Below, piece by piece: positions 1 through 13,409 of a stretch of 64,000 nucleotides of DNA. Both the position numbers and the translations under genes were made by a program. The notes beneath the pieces were generated by a model, which was given only the letters and a program-made list of their open reading frames with translations, was not told where the DNA came from and made no database searches. Source of the stretch: Botryllus schlosseri (taxonomy: Eukaryota); contig CM119372.1 of assembly GCA_051294905.1 (NCBI GenBank), positions 7,628,001 through 7,692,000 on the forward strand, in the 5' to 3' direction. Within the stretch, counting starts at the first letter, position 1; the number at the start of each line of letters is the position of its first letter.

Positions 1-1025
1 TTGATTGATCAAAGAGAATAGCAGACATGCCGACGCCCATATGACAACGCAGTTTTCAAATACACATTGTCTTCCTGATCTACGGCGCGAAATGAACTGC
101 CTGTAGACGTAGAATTCACAATTACAAACTCGAATTACAAACAACGCCATAGCTATCCACGTTCTTGATTGCTAAGTAGCTCTGTAGTATCGGCGATAAA
201 ATGTAGGCGAGATATCGCAACGCTATGTGTTACCGCCGAATACTTTGAGAATTGAAAAGTCGATCAGTATTTAGATTTTTGGAATCGTTAAAGCTACACT
301 CGATTAATATCAGTTATAACAAATTCTAAACTATTTACGATGAATTGCGTTATCAATGATGACTTGGCCCGTCTGTGCCTTAGCTGTCGTTTCGCGCTTT
401 AATTTCGAATAATAAATATGCAAATTGTGTCATTTCGGGAGAAAAATGTTCAAAATCTTGTCGTTCATGAACATCGATAGAAAATACCAATAGTAATTGA
501 AGGTTTCACAATTTTCGTTCACTCATCATCCTGACGAACGCGGAGGTACTGCACTGCCTTACTTGCCTTCCCTGATCCGACGTCACTGATGTATCATAGC
601 TTAGAGTAGGTAGGTAATTAGCCATATATACTGCTGTAGTGACCATGCTCGACTCCACGTATGCATGTGATCACTGGTTTTCGCGTTTAAAAGGTTCATC
701 ACCACGAACCTACGTTCTCGTAACTCAGGTTTCGCGTGCTTAAATAAGGCAACCAGCATGATTAGAACGAGTTTTTAAAGAGACGTGGTGCACACGACGA
801 ATCCAATGTAATGAGTTCGAATTACTGCTATCGCGACGTCACGAATTGTCGATTGTGACGTAACAGGTGATTGACATGTATGGCTCTTTGAGAGTTAAAA
901 GGTAAAAAATAAGGCCGATATGGCTCTGCGGACAAAAAAGGTTCCCGACCCCTGATATATACTATAGTTACTATATACGCACCCGTAGGTTGTGCAGTGT
1001 ACATGCGCTGTGCACTCCGCCTAGA

Positions 1026-1240
1026 CCAGGGGCTCTCAAACAGTGGGCTCTGGCCCACTGGTGAGCCACAGAGCTGTTTCGAAAATTGTAGATTTAGTGA
1101 AAATTTAGTTATATTTGTTATGTTATTCGCTCAATACATACATTCATATTATCGAATTATACGTAGCATACGTCAAGCTTTTCAACCGACTCTCATAAGA
1201 CTTTTAAACTGTTCGTCATGCGTTTCCAAATCCTAATTCT
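1026..1240 (+). mobile_element. Left end fragment of a non-autonomous hAT-type MITE (CAGGGG terminus)
   Basis: Starts CAGGGGCTCTCAAAC...GAGCCACAGAGCTGTTTCGAAAATTG and is similar to the left part of the TSD-flanked element at 21069-22307. No matching right end was found, so boundaries are approximate. Confidence 0.55.
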
Positions 1241-1434
1241 TGAAATAATGCAATCAGCGCACGTGATTAGCGGTTATCCTCACCTCACAAACGATGTTAT
1301 GTCAATAAGCAATGAAAGATATGGTCGAAGGCCGTCATTTCAACAAGATTTGGAGCACCAAATATTTGCTTACTGAAGTCAGCCGTGAACCGGTCTTTTT
1401 AGTTTATGGTGAGTACCGAGCAAGGAGTATATAA

Positions 1435-4032
1435 TAGGGTGGAGTGAAAAATGAAAATTTTGAATTTCAATAAAGGGTCTTGATATGTGGTGCCAAATGG
1501 TAAACAAATAAATTCTATCATAATTTTGGGTTCGTACACCCTCTAGTGGTCGTGCAATTTCACTGAACGAGCCAAAAACAACTAATTTCGCCATATCTTG
1601 ATCATCACTTACACTAGAAAGTCAGTTTTGGGCTTAAAAGATGCAGAAGCAAAATGTTCCTATCTCACTTCCATAGAACTTGCTCTTAAAAATGAACAGA
1701 AAAAAAGTTACAAGCAAATTTCTGATTTTATAGGTAAAATTAAGCACTGAAGCAGTGGGTAGGATGTCAAAAGCGTGTAGTGATTGATCTTATGACTGAG
1801 CAACATACCCTATCAATTAGAACTACTTTTCAAAGCTTGCTGAAACAAATGAAACCCCCTACAAGCATAAATAGGGCTCGGGCATCGAATAGAGACTGCA
1901 AAAACTGTATTTAAAACAGCGTACATTGGTAGTGCAGCGTCGCGATATCGGTAAGTTTATAACAACGGCCCTCATGAGATTTCTTACCAAAATGCTGTCG
2001 TAGGGTTTGTATCATATTTGTCACAAAGCTCCTGAATGAAAGCACAAAAATTAAAAATACACATTCAAAACAAAAACATCAATTCTATACTGGAAACAGA
2101 AGATTTTTGTAGCAGTATCACATGAGTATCAGTGTGCACGAACATTAAAATCATGTTTAGTATTGAAAGATTTCATCTGCTTTCAAGACTTCAGTTTTTG
2201 TCTGATGAGGCTATCGCTACGTTCAAATCCTGACATATGGGTACGGGGTAGATGCTTCAGTAACCACGTTTTAATGTATTTCCACTGCCTGGTTGTGGCA
2301 AGGATGACTGAGCCGTAAAGGTGATGATCTTAGGTTTTCCACCTCGACATCTGACAAGGTCGAAATTGCATGCGTCTGTTCAATATCTTTGTGGTTTAAG
2401 TTGACAATTTGGTGGAAAGATTAAGCCTTGATGTTGATAACTGGAATTTGGAAGAAACTGATGCTCAATGTCGCTGTTTTTAGGTTTAATGTCATTTATA
2501 TATATCTTCCTTCAAATTCATAATTGGAATTTGGTACGGCGTGGCTGTTCTGCGCATAGCAGTAATCTTGTTAACTGTAAATCTTCGGACGTTTCCCTCC
2601 TCGTCACCAAAGCATTCCCAGCAAAACATTTTCTGGATGTTCTAAATGAGCATTTCTTCGTAGCAAAGATAGTGCAAGATAGTGAATTCGGGTATCAGTC
2701 AGCTTTGTGACACGGGAAACTATATTGTGGAAATTTTTAGCACCATCAACAATGGATTTGTGCATTTTTATTTGAAACCATGACGGAAAATAGACCTCCA
2801 TGCAGAATTGAGCAAGACAGCTCGGATTTCTCGATGGACGAATCTGGCCCACATGGTACTTTGAAATTTGAGACGTGAGAGTCAACCATATTGAATGAAC
2901 GATGGGCCCAGCCTCTACATATTTCAGATCTGGTTCCAATTGACGACTTTGAAGGAGGGTATATAAATGAAACCAAACCCTAAAGCAGAAACATTGACAC
3001 CAGCATCAGATTCTTCCAAATTCCAGTTATTAGCATGAAGGCTTAATCTTTCCACCAAATTGTCAACTTAAACCTCAAAAATATTGAACAGCCGCCTGCA
3101 TCGCAATCAAGACCTTGTCTGATCACGAGCTGGGAAACCTATGATCATCGCCATTAAGGCTCAGTTATCCTTGCCACAACCAGGCAGTGGATAGACATAT
3201 GACAGTGGTGACATAAGCATCTGCTCGATGTTTCAGGATTTAAACGTAGAGATGGCCTCATCAGACAAAAACTGAAGTCTTGAAAGCAGATGAAATATTT
3301 CGATACTAAACATGACTTTATTGTTTGTGCACACTGATACTCATGTGATACTGCTACCAAAAATTTCTGTTTCCAGTATAGAATTGATGTTTGTGTTTTG
3401 AATGTGTATTTTCAATGTTTGTGCTTTCATTCAGGAGCTTTGTGACAAATATGTTACAAACCCTACCACAGCATTTTGGTAAGAAATCTCATGAGGGCCG
3501 TTGTTACAAACTTACCGATATCGTGACGCTGCACTACCAATGGACGCTGTTTTAAATACAGTTTTAGCAGTCTCTATTCGATGCCCGAGACCTATTTATG
3601 CTTGGAGGGGGTTTCATTCGTTTGAGCAAGCTTTGAAAAGTAGTTCTAATTGATAGGGTATGTTGCTAAGTCATAAGATCAATCACTACACGCTTTTGAC
3701 ATCCTACCCACTGCTTCAGTGCTTAATTTTACCTATAAAATCAGAAATTTGCTTGTAACTTTTTTTCTGTTCATTTTTAAGGGTAAGTTCTATGGAAGTG
3801 AGATAGAAACATGTTGCTTCTGCATCTTTTAAGCCCAAAACTGACTTTCTATTGTAAGTGATGATCCAGATATGCCGAAATTAGCTGTTTTTGGCTCGTT
3901 CGGTGAAATTGCACGACCACTAGAGGGTGTACGAACCCAAAATTATGATATAATTTATTTGTTTACTATTTGGCACCACATATCAAGACCCTTTTTTGAA
4001 ATTCAAAAATTTTTATTTTTCACTCCACCCTA
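1435..4032. mobile_element. Foldback hAT (hATm-like) element built from two inverted transposon 3' ends, with a decayed transposase C-terminus
   Basis: Termini TAGGGTGGAGTG...CACTCCACCCTA, with exact 8-bp TSD GTATATAA (1427-1434 and 4033-4040). The ~1 kb arms (about 1435-2465 and 3000-4032) are reverse complements. The minus strand encodes transposase-like residues (GPIVHSIWLT, EVYFPSWFQIK, HPENVLLGML), and the arms carry PCHNQAV.RH...RDGLIRQKLKS with stops. The hATm assignment rests on recalled TAGGGTG termini and motifs. Confidence 0.85.
2150..2976 (-). pseudogene. Degenerate DNA-transposase C-terminal fragment (hAT/hATm-like)
   Basis: ORF 2604-2939 (…GPIVHSIWLT…CMEVYFPSWFQIK…RRNAHLEHPENVLLGML) continues through frameshifts and stops into the left arm (…PCHNQAVE…RDSLIRQKLKS). 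It lies inside the TIR/TSD-bounded element. Confidence 0.7.
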
Positions 4033-4226
4033 GTATATAATTTGAGGCTAAGGGTGAAAGATCATGCGGTGAATACACATATTCTCCCGATACGTACCTG
4101 CTAGCGAAGCTACCAAAACAACAAGACTATTTTACCAAGCCACACAGGGCTAGGGACACAGCCTAATATTAACGTACCCTCTCAGCAACATATGTGTTAG
4201 TTAACAATGTAAAATAGGGTCTATAG

Positions 4227-5361
4227 CAGGGCCGGCCAACCCGTGGCCCGCGAGAAGGTTCTGAGTGGCCCGCGACGTAATTTCCGAAATTAGTAATATT
4301 ATCAAAACTGGATTACACAAATTGTGAACTTGCAAGGTCAACCAAAAATTTGATTAGTCTGGCCGCAACACTTCAGATGTGATGACAAAAGTATCAGTTC
4401 CGACGCATTGGCAGATCCATGAGCCAGTCACATGTTGGTAGATCTTCGCACACTACAATAAAGTAGAATAATTTGCGATAGATTTATCAAAAGTAAAAAT
4501 TTTCTGCACGCTTCGCGCAACATTTTATCACTCAATTTCTTGCTTTTATATTGTTACCCCTTTCTGAAAATGAAAGAACGCCTGATGTATCAGATTGAGT
4601 CTAACTATCAGATTGAGTCGAACTATATTCGCGATTACGAGACGAAGTGTCGTTCAACATATACGACCTTGCGACTATGCGACTATGAAACATAGGTACA
4701 AAATGATTGACGCATGTTGGTCGAAGCTTTTGATATCGATATGTCCAGGTGCGCCGAATAGTCCATTCTTTGCAAACTGAGCCCAGCGATATACAGCAGG
4801 CTCGCAATATAGTCAAGTGACAATATTATTGACCTATGAACTTCCAAAAATTTTCGCGCTTCGCGCGGCTAGTGGCCCGCCCAATAGTTCGTCAATAAAA
4901 TGTGGCCCTTTGGCTTAAAAGGTTGGCTACCCCTGGTCTACACGCTTCGCGCAACATGTTGTCACTCGATTTCTTGCTTTTAATATTCTTGCCCCTTTGT
5001 GAAAATGAAAGAACGCCTGTATCAGATTGAATCTAACTATATTCGCGATTACGAGACAGAGTGTCGTTTAACATATGCGACTTTGCGTTTGCACTCGCAG
5101 AAAGACCCTCGACTATGAAACCTAGGCACAAAATGAGTGACGCATGTTGGTCGAAACTTTCGATATCGATATGTCCAGACGCCAATAGCCCAGTCCTTGC
5201 AAACTGAGCCCAGCGATACTCAGCAGTCCGGGATATAGTCAGGTGACAATATAATTGACCTGTGAACTTCAAAAAATTTTCGCGCTTCGCGCGGCTAGTG
5301 GCCCGCGCAACAGTTCGCCAATCGAATGTGGCCCTTTGGCTGAGAAGGTTGGCCAGCCCTG
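4227..5361 (+). mobile_element. hAT (Buster/Charlie-type) MITE with internally duplicated right half
   Basis: TIRs CAGGGCCGGCCAACC / GGTTGGCCAGCCCTG and exact TSD GTCTATAG (4219-4226, 5362-5369). Segment ~4507-4935 is repeated at ~4941-5361, and there is a second right TIR ending at 4935. Confidence 0.85.
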
Positions 5362-6169
5362 GTCTATAGTTTTTGTCTCGGCCCTCCAACGTAATATTTT
5401 CTGCTTCACATTTGGCCTGTCAGGAAAAATAATTATACGCATCCCTGATTTAAAGTGTGAATGAAGTTATGGGTCGTGGCGATTACTCCATATGTATGAG
5501 CGCTAAAAATACTATGTAGGTACCGGAGAGTTGCTGAAAGTAGTCATCGTCGATACTGACGTCGTAAATTTCTAGTCAGATATACCAGTAGAGATTTTCA
5601 ATTGAGAAAAATCTAAGTATTGAAGGTCAGTCTATTTGAAGCGCGCTACTTCGTTAGCCTACTGACTGTGACCGCCTCTGGCGGCAGTGAAGGTATTCGA
5701 AGGTGACCGAACTCGCACTATCGTTCTGGGTTTGCGCAATGCGAACCGTACCGAGCCAGCGTTCACTCCCGACCACGGTATAGAATTGATTACAATATTT
5801 TATACAAGGATATATATAATATATATATAAGATATCTGTACGCATAATTTTACAAATGCACAAAGCAAATGCCAGTACTAGCGAACTCATTACGTTTCTC
5901 GTGTATCATTGGCATTTATCATGTGTGTACCAAATGTCGCGATCACAATTGTGTAAAGTAGGCCTATCCAATCCAGTCCCCGCAATAAATAGTGCTCAGT
6001 CGGCTTGTCAAGAGAGGGAAGACAACTGAACATGTTGCAATCGTTCGTGTTACATTCCGACTACACATATCATTTCATATTGAGCGAAAGTCTCTAAAAC
6101 CATATTTGTAATTTGTGATTTGATTTTCGTTAACGCAACACTTCACGAAGAAATGCAGTCAATAAGCGG

Positions 6170-9100
6170 CTACTCGGTGAGGATGCTTGCGCGAGGAATT
6201 CCCGATATGTGCAGTTTCACTTTGACGCACGCCATTGGCGTCGATATTAGTGAAGCTCCCCGTATCCTGCGAATCTTGCGACTCCATTGATTGTTTTGGC
6301 TGTTCAAGACAAAAACGTCATGGATTTCCCGGGATTCGAACCGCCCACTAGAAGACCTGCAATGAGAAATATCAGCTCAGCTCATTATGAAGTTTTTATC
6401 TAATCAATACACCACAAGATTGCGATGCAATAGAAAGATAGGAAGGCAAATGGCACCAAGGACTTTCGTATTATCGATTTCTATAGTCTTTGCGCCTTCT
6501 GCTGTTCTAATTTCAATACATGATGCTAATCACAGTCAAAGCCACAAAGTTGAGTGGTGTCGAGAAAAGAAAAAAAATTGATGAAAATAAAATTAGAGTC
6601 ACTGTATAGTCCTGGTCAAGGTATAGGTCTATAAACTCTGTACCGATGCTCCGATTACAAAGATATTCGAACAAAGTCCTGCCTTATATCCTGCCTACCT
6701 TTCAGTAATGTATCCACCGATGGCGTGGATTTCTCCATTAAATTCTGTTGCATGCTGCGCACATCTATTTCCCGGAAAACTCTCTCCGTAAATCCATCTT
6801 TCACTGTCCATGTCCAGACGAAATTCTTCAACGCTGTCAAGGATACCAATGTCGCCGGAGCCGCCGAGAACGAATATTCTATTTCTCGTGGAATCCGGCG
6901 TGGCGGCATGCAAAAATCGCGGTGTAGCCAGAGGGGCGACTTCAATCCATGTATCGGTAGAACAGTCCAAACAAAATACGTTTCCCACGAGATTCTTACA
7001 GCAAAATATAAAATTTAATTTCGACGTGTGCGCTACGACGTCTGATGGTGGTAGGGACGTGTTAGGAGAGAGAGATATGGTATTCTTTTTCGCCTGCACC
7101 ATCGAGATGCTTTGACGACGGAGATGCGATACGGCCTTTATAGTAAGGTCATCTAGTCTAGAGTACCCCCGTTTTTTTCTCCTCCATGCTATCCGTGACT
7201 GCTGAGCGCCTAACAGGATAGATGCGGATACCAGTTTTTGAGTCTTTGGTCTGACCCGGTCGGTGATCGAACCCACGACCTACCGATCGGCGAGAAGCCG
7301 GACGCACAACCATTACACTATCTCGCTCGGTATAATCGGATATAATCAATGTAACTATATTTGGATATCCTGCTGGTATAAGTTGTGGAATTTGGGATGA
7401 GCATTGCTCGATTATATCCTTTATTCTACACCATATATATATATTTATGAGTTTATAGTCAATTTATACCATTACACTGCGACGTCTGATTCAATCGATG
7501 TCATATTATGCTATTACGGTTTCAAATGTCATTCCAATCAAATCAGTTGTTGATGTGGAAAAGAAATGTGCCCTACTTTTTGAGCTGTTTTTCCTCCTGT
7601 TGAGTATATCATATCTTTATAAGATGCTGTAGCGTGTCCATAAACTGCCATAGGCATGGGTGTGGCCTCACACCAACTGTTATCGTCGATTTCGTACTTA
7701 TAGACGCTACTCACTACCTCCCCATCGGCTAACGTTTTCCCTCCTAGATTAAAAGAATAAACAACCGATGTTAAATATATCGTAACTATGCACTGGCCTA
7801 TGCTTAACTACAACCATGCGAAAGCCATGTCGTCGATATAGGCCTACTGCTATCCATATGGGAATGCGAGAACAGAATGCTGACTTAAGTCATTCGGACT
7901 CTCGAAGAGGCATCTTCAAATGTGCAATCTATCGCAAATATACTGAAAGTTCTTAGACAACTAAATTGCAAGACTTGAGTATGAGTATTCAGTAGCCTAC
8001 ACTTACAAAATTAATCCAATATAATTTGAGAGAAGTTGTTCTACCAGTCAACTAGCTTTCTATAGAAACTCTATTCTAGCCGAGAACTATAGCGTATTCG
8101 TTTCATATTCCACATAGACATAAGTGTCAATATCGTTCACGAACCCATAACGTAGAGATAGCCGCATCCGTCTCCGCAAGCCGCCATACATCGTGGCGTG
8201 GGCATTGATGCACAAGACAGCCATGTAAGCGTGCCGATTTCCAAACGGAACAGCTTGGTTCTCACCTTCAGCGGTGTAGATCTCTCTATTTCCAGGCCTA
8301 TGGGTGTATAATATTATTTGGATGGTTGTACTAGAACACGGATGAAATTTTATATTACAACCTCCCAGCAGAAAGACAGACCCGTCCTCGGTGGCGTGAG
8401 CTTCTGGATTCTTCATCATCGGAATATCTGGCGACCATCCGAACCGGCAAGTCTGCCCGTCTTTCACTTGGGCTTCTGGTCTTTCAACTAAACAACCGTA
8501 ATATTCGGATCTTCCGTCCGGGTTCAAGGCAAAAGTTCTTCGTCCGTTCGAGAATAGCAACAACTCTCTTGTATTCATCCCAGCTCGCGGTGTAATATTG
8601 AGGGGAATTTTCACAGCCTTCTCAACCCCCTGGATGGGCAGCAGATAAAAAGGAATACCGCTGCTGGTCTCGCTGTCGCCATCCAATCTCTTCGTGCCTC
8701 CTTCATTGATCTTTTTGGACATTATGTAGGACTTTGCACCATCGATTTGTATTCGCACAAGAGGATGCTCCAACACCATACCTTCCTGCATATTGCAGAG
8801 AGAATCCATAACAATTTTACAGATATAGAATTATACATGATAAAAGATACACACTAACAAAATTGTTCTCGCACCTCTAGAATGCATTTATCAATAAATT
8901 CCTCCTTGATAAGGGCAAAGCGAATGTGTGAGAGAACTTCTGCGGTGAATTTACTTCTGCCATTGAGATCGGATACTAGCCATGATAGTGCGGCTTCGTA
9001 CACGATTTCTTCACTTGTTATCTACATTAGTAAAAAGTAAACGTGTGATAATGAAATCTAATAAGAACAAAATGCATTTCCTCGTCCCTATCCCAAATGT

Positions 9101-12100
9101 CCATTACAGGTAGCATGTGTAGAGCTGATGAGCACAAACACTTGGCTGCTAGAATCCCAATCGAATACTGATTTAAAATATGACTCTACTACTGTGAGTT
9201 GCACTCAGGAGACTATAGATATTATTTCACAAACCAGTCCTATTGTTTTATGGCCTATAGCACCAACGAAATTGTGCAACCTCGATATGCTATATGTATG
9301 TGCGTCTGCGTACAAAACACACAATACGTTGCACGCTGTGACACTGGGTCAGGTGGGTATAGTTTAGGGTTACCATACGTTCTCTTTGTCCTATTTTTTG
9401 ACTTTTTTGAAAGTGACCTCAGAGGACGCCCTAATGTCCTCTTTTTTGAGAATTTTGTATAAATATAGGGTAAAATTGGAGCGGGATACAGCAAATCAGC
9501 ACTGAAGTAACGCTGCGGCGGGTATTTCTGGAGCGGGGACGTGAAGTTGACCTGTTTTTAGTCAACCAACCATTAAGTGGGAAATATTTGCCATTTTTCA
9601 GGATTTTCCTCCGTTTGTGCAAGTCTAAAACTTTTGAAAAAGTGTCCTCTTTTCAGACTTCCAAAATATGGTAACCCTTAGTATAGTTAAAAATGCGACC
9701 ACTTGAAAGATGGTGACTATAATGACACTTAGCATTGTTGAGCTTATATTCTCTTTGAAAATGTACCAAGTGCTTTTTAACATAAAAAATACCTTACGGT
9801 TCTGAGATTAGAATCTGAAATGTTTGGTGTGCATGTCGCTTTGGGGGATTGTGGCGTAAGCCACGAGAGAAACTCAAATACTTGGATTGGACTCAAATCA
9901 GTCTGGTATTATAATTTCTATCACACGTATCACCCGTATCCCCAGGCCCAGTAGGGTATAATTAAGGAACTTCGTCTGCCACCGTGCTTTCTCTAAATTA
10001 TTGAGACAGGAATAACTTTCTCTAAGTCACCCATAAATCGTCCAATCCAATGATATCAATCAGCTCGTGTTTGCTCATTTTCAACCAATCATCTGTCGCC
10101 GAAACATCCCGAAACCGTTTACTGATGAACCTTAAAGCTTCGCTTTGAAGCCTGACGCAGCATATACTTCGCGCCAGCTGATACATCGAAACACAGTTGT
10201 TGACGTCAACCCGCGTGATCATGTACTCTCTGCTGGTATTGTAAAGACTTGTCATCTGAAAAAATATATCTGTACCACTCAGGGTTGTAATGAGTCGAAT
10301 CATGACTGGACGCGAGTCCCGATTTTCTGATGAATCGACTTGACTCGAGTCATTTTCTCAAAATACGGAAATGACTCGTCCCGACTCAAGTCATTGCGCA
10401 TGACTCGAACCAAGTCATATGACTCGAGACTTAGACGGCCAAGGCCGACGTTTCATTGTAATTTCGAAGAATAGTAAAGTAAACCGTATTGGGAGTTCAT
10501 CTATTGGTATTGGTACTTGAAACGCGACCGGAAACTATTAAAAGTGAGGAAAATTAGTATATTATAAATGCGAACCATTCCATATTACCAAACAGAGTTA
10601 TAGCATCAGTGGGTTTAACTAGACTTTATCTGGAAACTGAGCAGACTCGGACTCGAACTTCTGCACGATGACTTGGACTCGGACTTGACTCGGTGGCGAA
10701 TTGACTTGACTGGAGCCAAAACTACAGAAGTGAGATTGACTTGTGACTCGGAGCCTTGTGACTTGGTTACAACCGCCTGCGTACCAATGAGAGAAATATA
10801 TACACTGCACTCAACTATACCCACAGTTTGAGTGTTGACATGACCTGACCATGACCATGACCAATGAGGCTGTTACTAAAAATAGAAGTTACAGACTACA
10901 GAAGTTATCAAGTTTTTCACGTAGGCGAACCTTGACACACTTAATTTTTTTCTGCATGCACAATTTTTTAATTCTAAAAAAGGTTGATTCAGTTGGCAAC
11001 TAAAACGTTTTATTGTGGAGTCAGAGTTCTGTGAAGTAAATATTGGAAGTCGGAGATGAAGTCGATGTGTTTAAAGTTTCCGGAGTCGCAGTCGGCGGTA
11101 CAGTGAGCAGCAGACTGGTTTTGATAGCTTTTATTCGTCTTCACGAAGCCTACTAAAGTTAAACTTTGACATTTCAATGCTACGAAAGCTACGGTGTAGC
11201 AAAGCAGCATGTGCCACCCGAATTGTTGGAATTTTTGTATATTAATCGCTATTCGTGCTGTATCGACTATATATAGATTATAAAGCAGCAAACTTATGCC
11301 CCATGCTGGATTTGACTGTTTGCTGGTTTTGCTGCCGCCTAGAAAATTCGGTAATATGGTAGGCAGTGGTTCTCAAACTTATTTAGACACGCACCCTTTA
11401 TGATAGTGAAAAATTTCGCGCCCCCTTATCAAGATATCACAAAATGCAAACAGAATGCTAGCAAGGATAGTTTGATTACATGGAAGGTTATGACTGTTGA
11501 TGAGGGAATTCTCAAATATGACATTCGGACTGTACACAGAGTTCAGTTGACCGCGGCTTCGCGCCCCCGGTCAAATGCTTTCACGCCCCCCCCCCCCAAG
11601 TATATGAGAACCACTGTGCTAGAGGTTTTGAAGTGGTCGATGACCCTAAAATATGTTACTATCAGAATGGGGGCATGAATGTGCAGTGAAATTCGTGCGA
11701 TATCCACACCAGAGAGAGAGAGAGAGAATCTTTATTCGTATACATTACATATCAACATAACACTACAAAAATGTCACAGTGAAATGCGACATGCAAGGTA
11801 GACGGGAGGCTCGATATGACAAAGTCTTCAGAGCCGAGCCACCCGGGGCAGGAGCAATTTTCACAGTCGATAACTAATGAAAAAAAAAATTAAAATAAAC
11901 TAACGAACGAAAGGGAAAATAAGACACAGTATCATGGACCAATTTGAAATACAACGCAAATACAATTTAGCGTAGTTAGAGATAAGAGATTGAAAACATT
12001 GTTTTTTAAAAGCACAAGAGTCTAAATTGCGGAGATTAGGTGGCAGCTTATTCCAAACATTGACACCAATAAAACTGATTGAATTTTGCACTAGACTGGT

Positions 12101-12957
12101 AGAGTGGTGTTGCTCAGACAGAGACAAGTTAGAAGAAAATCTGGTATGATGTTGGTGGGTATCTGAAGGTATCTTGAACAGATTATCAAAATATAGTGGC
12201 AGTTCACCAGTATTGTCCTACGTAATACACACTCGATTCTCTATTCCGGTAATTATAGGAGCATGACAGTGCCAAGTAGTATAGATTTGCTTTTACGTAT
12301 AATAAATCATTGTTGCCAACACTCAATAACTCAAACACATTGAATATTGCCAATATGAGTTCTAAATATTCAAGGTCACCAAACGAAATGAAACAAAGGT
12401 TATGATGTTCAAGTAATCAGTCTACCTGAAGAAGACTGCATGACGTCAATAAAGACTGTGCGTTGTCATCCGTCAGGGCGATTCTGCCCGTATATATATA
12501 GTCAATAATTGCTTCCAGAGACGGCCGATCAACTCCAGATATTTCGATCTCCCCCTTGCTCTGCTCAATCATACCATGTGAAAACATTGCTCGAAAGTAG
12601 GGCGAACTGGATGCCAACATGAACCTGTCACATATGTTAAAGACGACTCGGACTGGTTCGTGGTAAACAGACTTTAATTTCTAAATTAGTAAATTCTATT
12701 ACACTGCACAGTGGATTGCACAGTGTATAGGCCTACTATATGATTGTACGAACCCCTCGAGTAAACTGTTTGCCACATAGGCTACATACTTATAACAATG
12801 AGACAGAATAAAATCAAGTAACAAACTTGTGACAAGGCTCGAGACGTTGTCCATCCACAATAAGAACCACGTCAACAAGAATTTTATCTGAGCGAAGCGC
12901 ATTTGCATTCGCCATCCCGATCAACTTTCCGTCGTACTGATTCGTTGAACGATCCAT
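6170..12957 (-). CDS. KLHL40/41-like: BTB-BACK-Kelch protein, KLHL40/KLHL41 (KBTBD5/10)-like, ~642 aa, 9 coding exons
   Basis: Exons (minus): 12957-12827, 12624-12426, 10255-10031, 9021-8875, 8785-8362, 8297-8145, 7743-7577, 6994-6699, 6356-6170. All are GT-AG with consistent phases (1929 nt). BTB: LVDVVLIVDGQRLEPCHKFMLASSSPYFRAMF. BACK: VNNCVSMYQLA...SEEIVYEAALSWL...HIRFALI. Kelch repeats: WLSCASMPTPRC...YVMGGK, PMPMAVYGHATASYKDMIYSTGGKT. The PRAGM linker and the C-terminal EIHDVFVL...IRGAS resemble vertebrate KLHL41 as recalled. Confidence 0.9.
7045..7331 (-). mobile_element. tRNA-derived SINE in a Kelch intron
   Basis: The minus strand has A-box-like TAGTGTAATGG and B-box GGTTCGATC, followed by GTCAGACCAAAGACT...GGCGCTCAGCA, which resembles the conserved core of Meta-type SINEs (from memory). 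Its 3' part resembles ~30700-30770. Confidence 0.65.
9365..9680 (+). mobile_element. ~300-bp hAT MITE family with TAGGGTTACC termini (copy 1)
   Basis: TAGGGTTACCATACGT...ATATGGTAACCCTTA with exact TSD GTATAGTT (9357-9364, 9681-9688). Homologous copies occur at 14432, 15999 and 36217. Confidence 0.85.
10280..10779. mobile_element. MITE with GACTC/GAGTC-rich subterminal repeats
   Basis: Imperfect TIR CAGGGTTGTAA / TTACAACCGCCTG and many GACTCG/GACTTG motifs. It sits ~25 bp upstream of the acceptor of Kelch exon 3. The TSD is imperfect. Confidence 0.6.
11364..11616 (+). mobile_element. Short hAT MITE (CAGTGGTTCTCA termini)
   Basis: CAGTGGTTCTCAAAC ... TGAGAACCACTG with CGCCCCC subterminal motifs. 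The TSD is degenerate. Confidence 0.65.
11711..12215 (-). mobile_element. 5'-truncated LINE 3' end (CR1/L2/Crack-type ORF2 C-terminus plus tail)
   Basis: The minus strand encodes LPLYFDNLF...THQHHTRFSSNL...SISFIGVNVWNKLPPNLR...AFKKQC, a typical CR1/L2-group ORF2 end. It is followed by AATAAA and a (CT)n microsatellite tail at ~11711-11735. Confidence 0.75.
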
Positions 12958-13409
12958 CACGGTAAAGTTTACGAAATCGACATATAATAGGTCCAGTTCA
13001 CGAAATTAATGGGTCCCTCAATCTGCAGTCGCTTTTACTCTACTACAGTACAAATATTTATCGCAGTGTCTGAAGCGTTGCATCGTTTGCCTAAACAACA
13101 CTTCGTAATTTTGCAGCTGTTGCAGATGAGTATGCGAACTGTACATTCGTGTGATAATGATAATGCTTTCTGAAGCTGAGCTATCCCATGTGATTAGCGA
13201 GATTACGCGGGTGAATTTTGATAGCAATCCATCAAAAGAATTGAACTTGAAAGTGATTAATTTATTGATTTGTGGTTTGTATATGTCCACCAATCATTTA
13301 GCGAATCCAGCTCAACCTGAGCCATTATATTCAGCTTGCATCATACAGTTGTAGTGTGGGCTATGGCCTAATTGCATTCTTCCATATATTATTTCATCTT
13401 TATTTAATG

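Noticed and set aside
6995..7276. N-terminal half of the 193-aa ORF 6695-7276
   Set aside because: This is intron and SINE sequence. Only 6994-6699 is Kelch exon.
8087..8809. 240-aa ORF read as one exon
   Set aside because: It reads through a 64-nt intron (8361-8298). The true Kelch repeat after it (KLFRLEIGTLTWLSCASMPTPRC) is in another frame.
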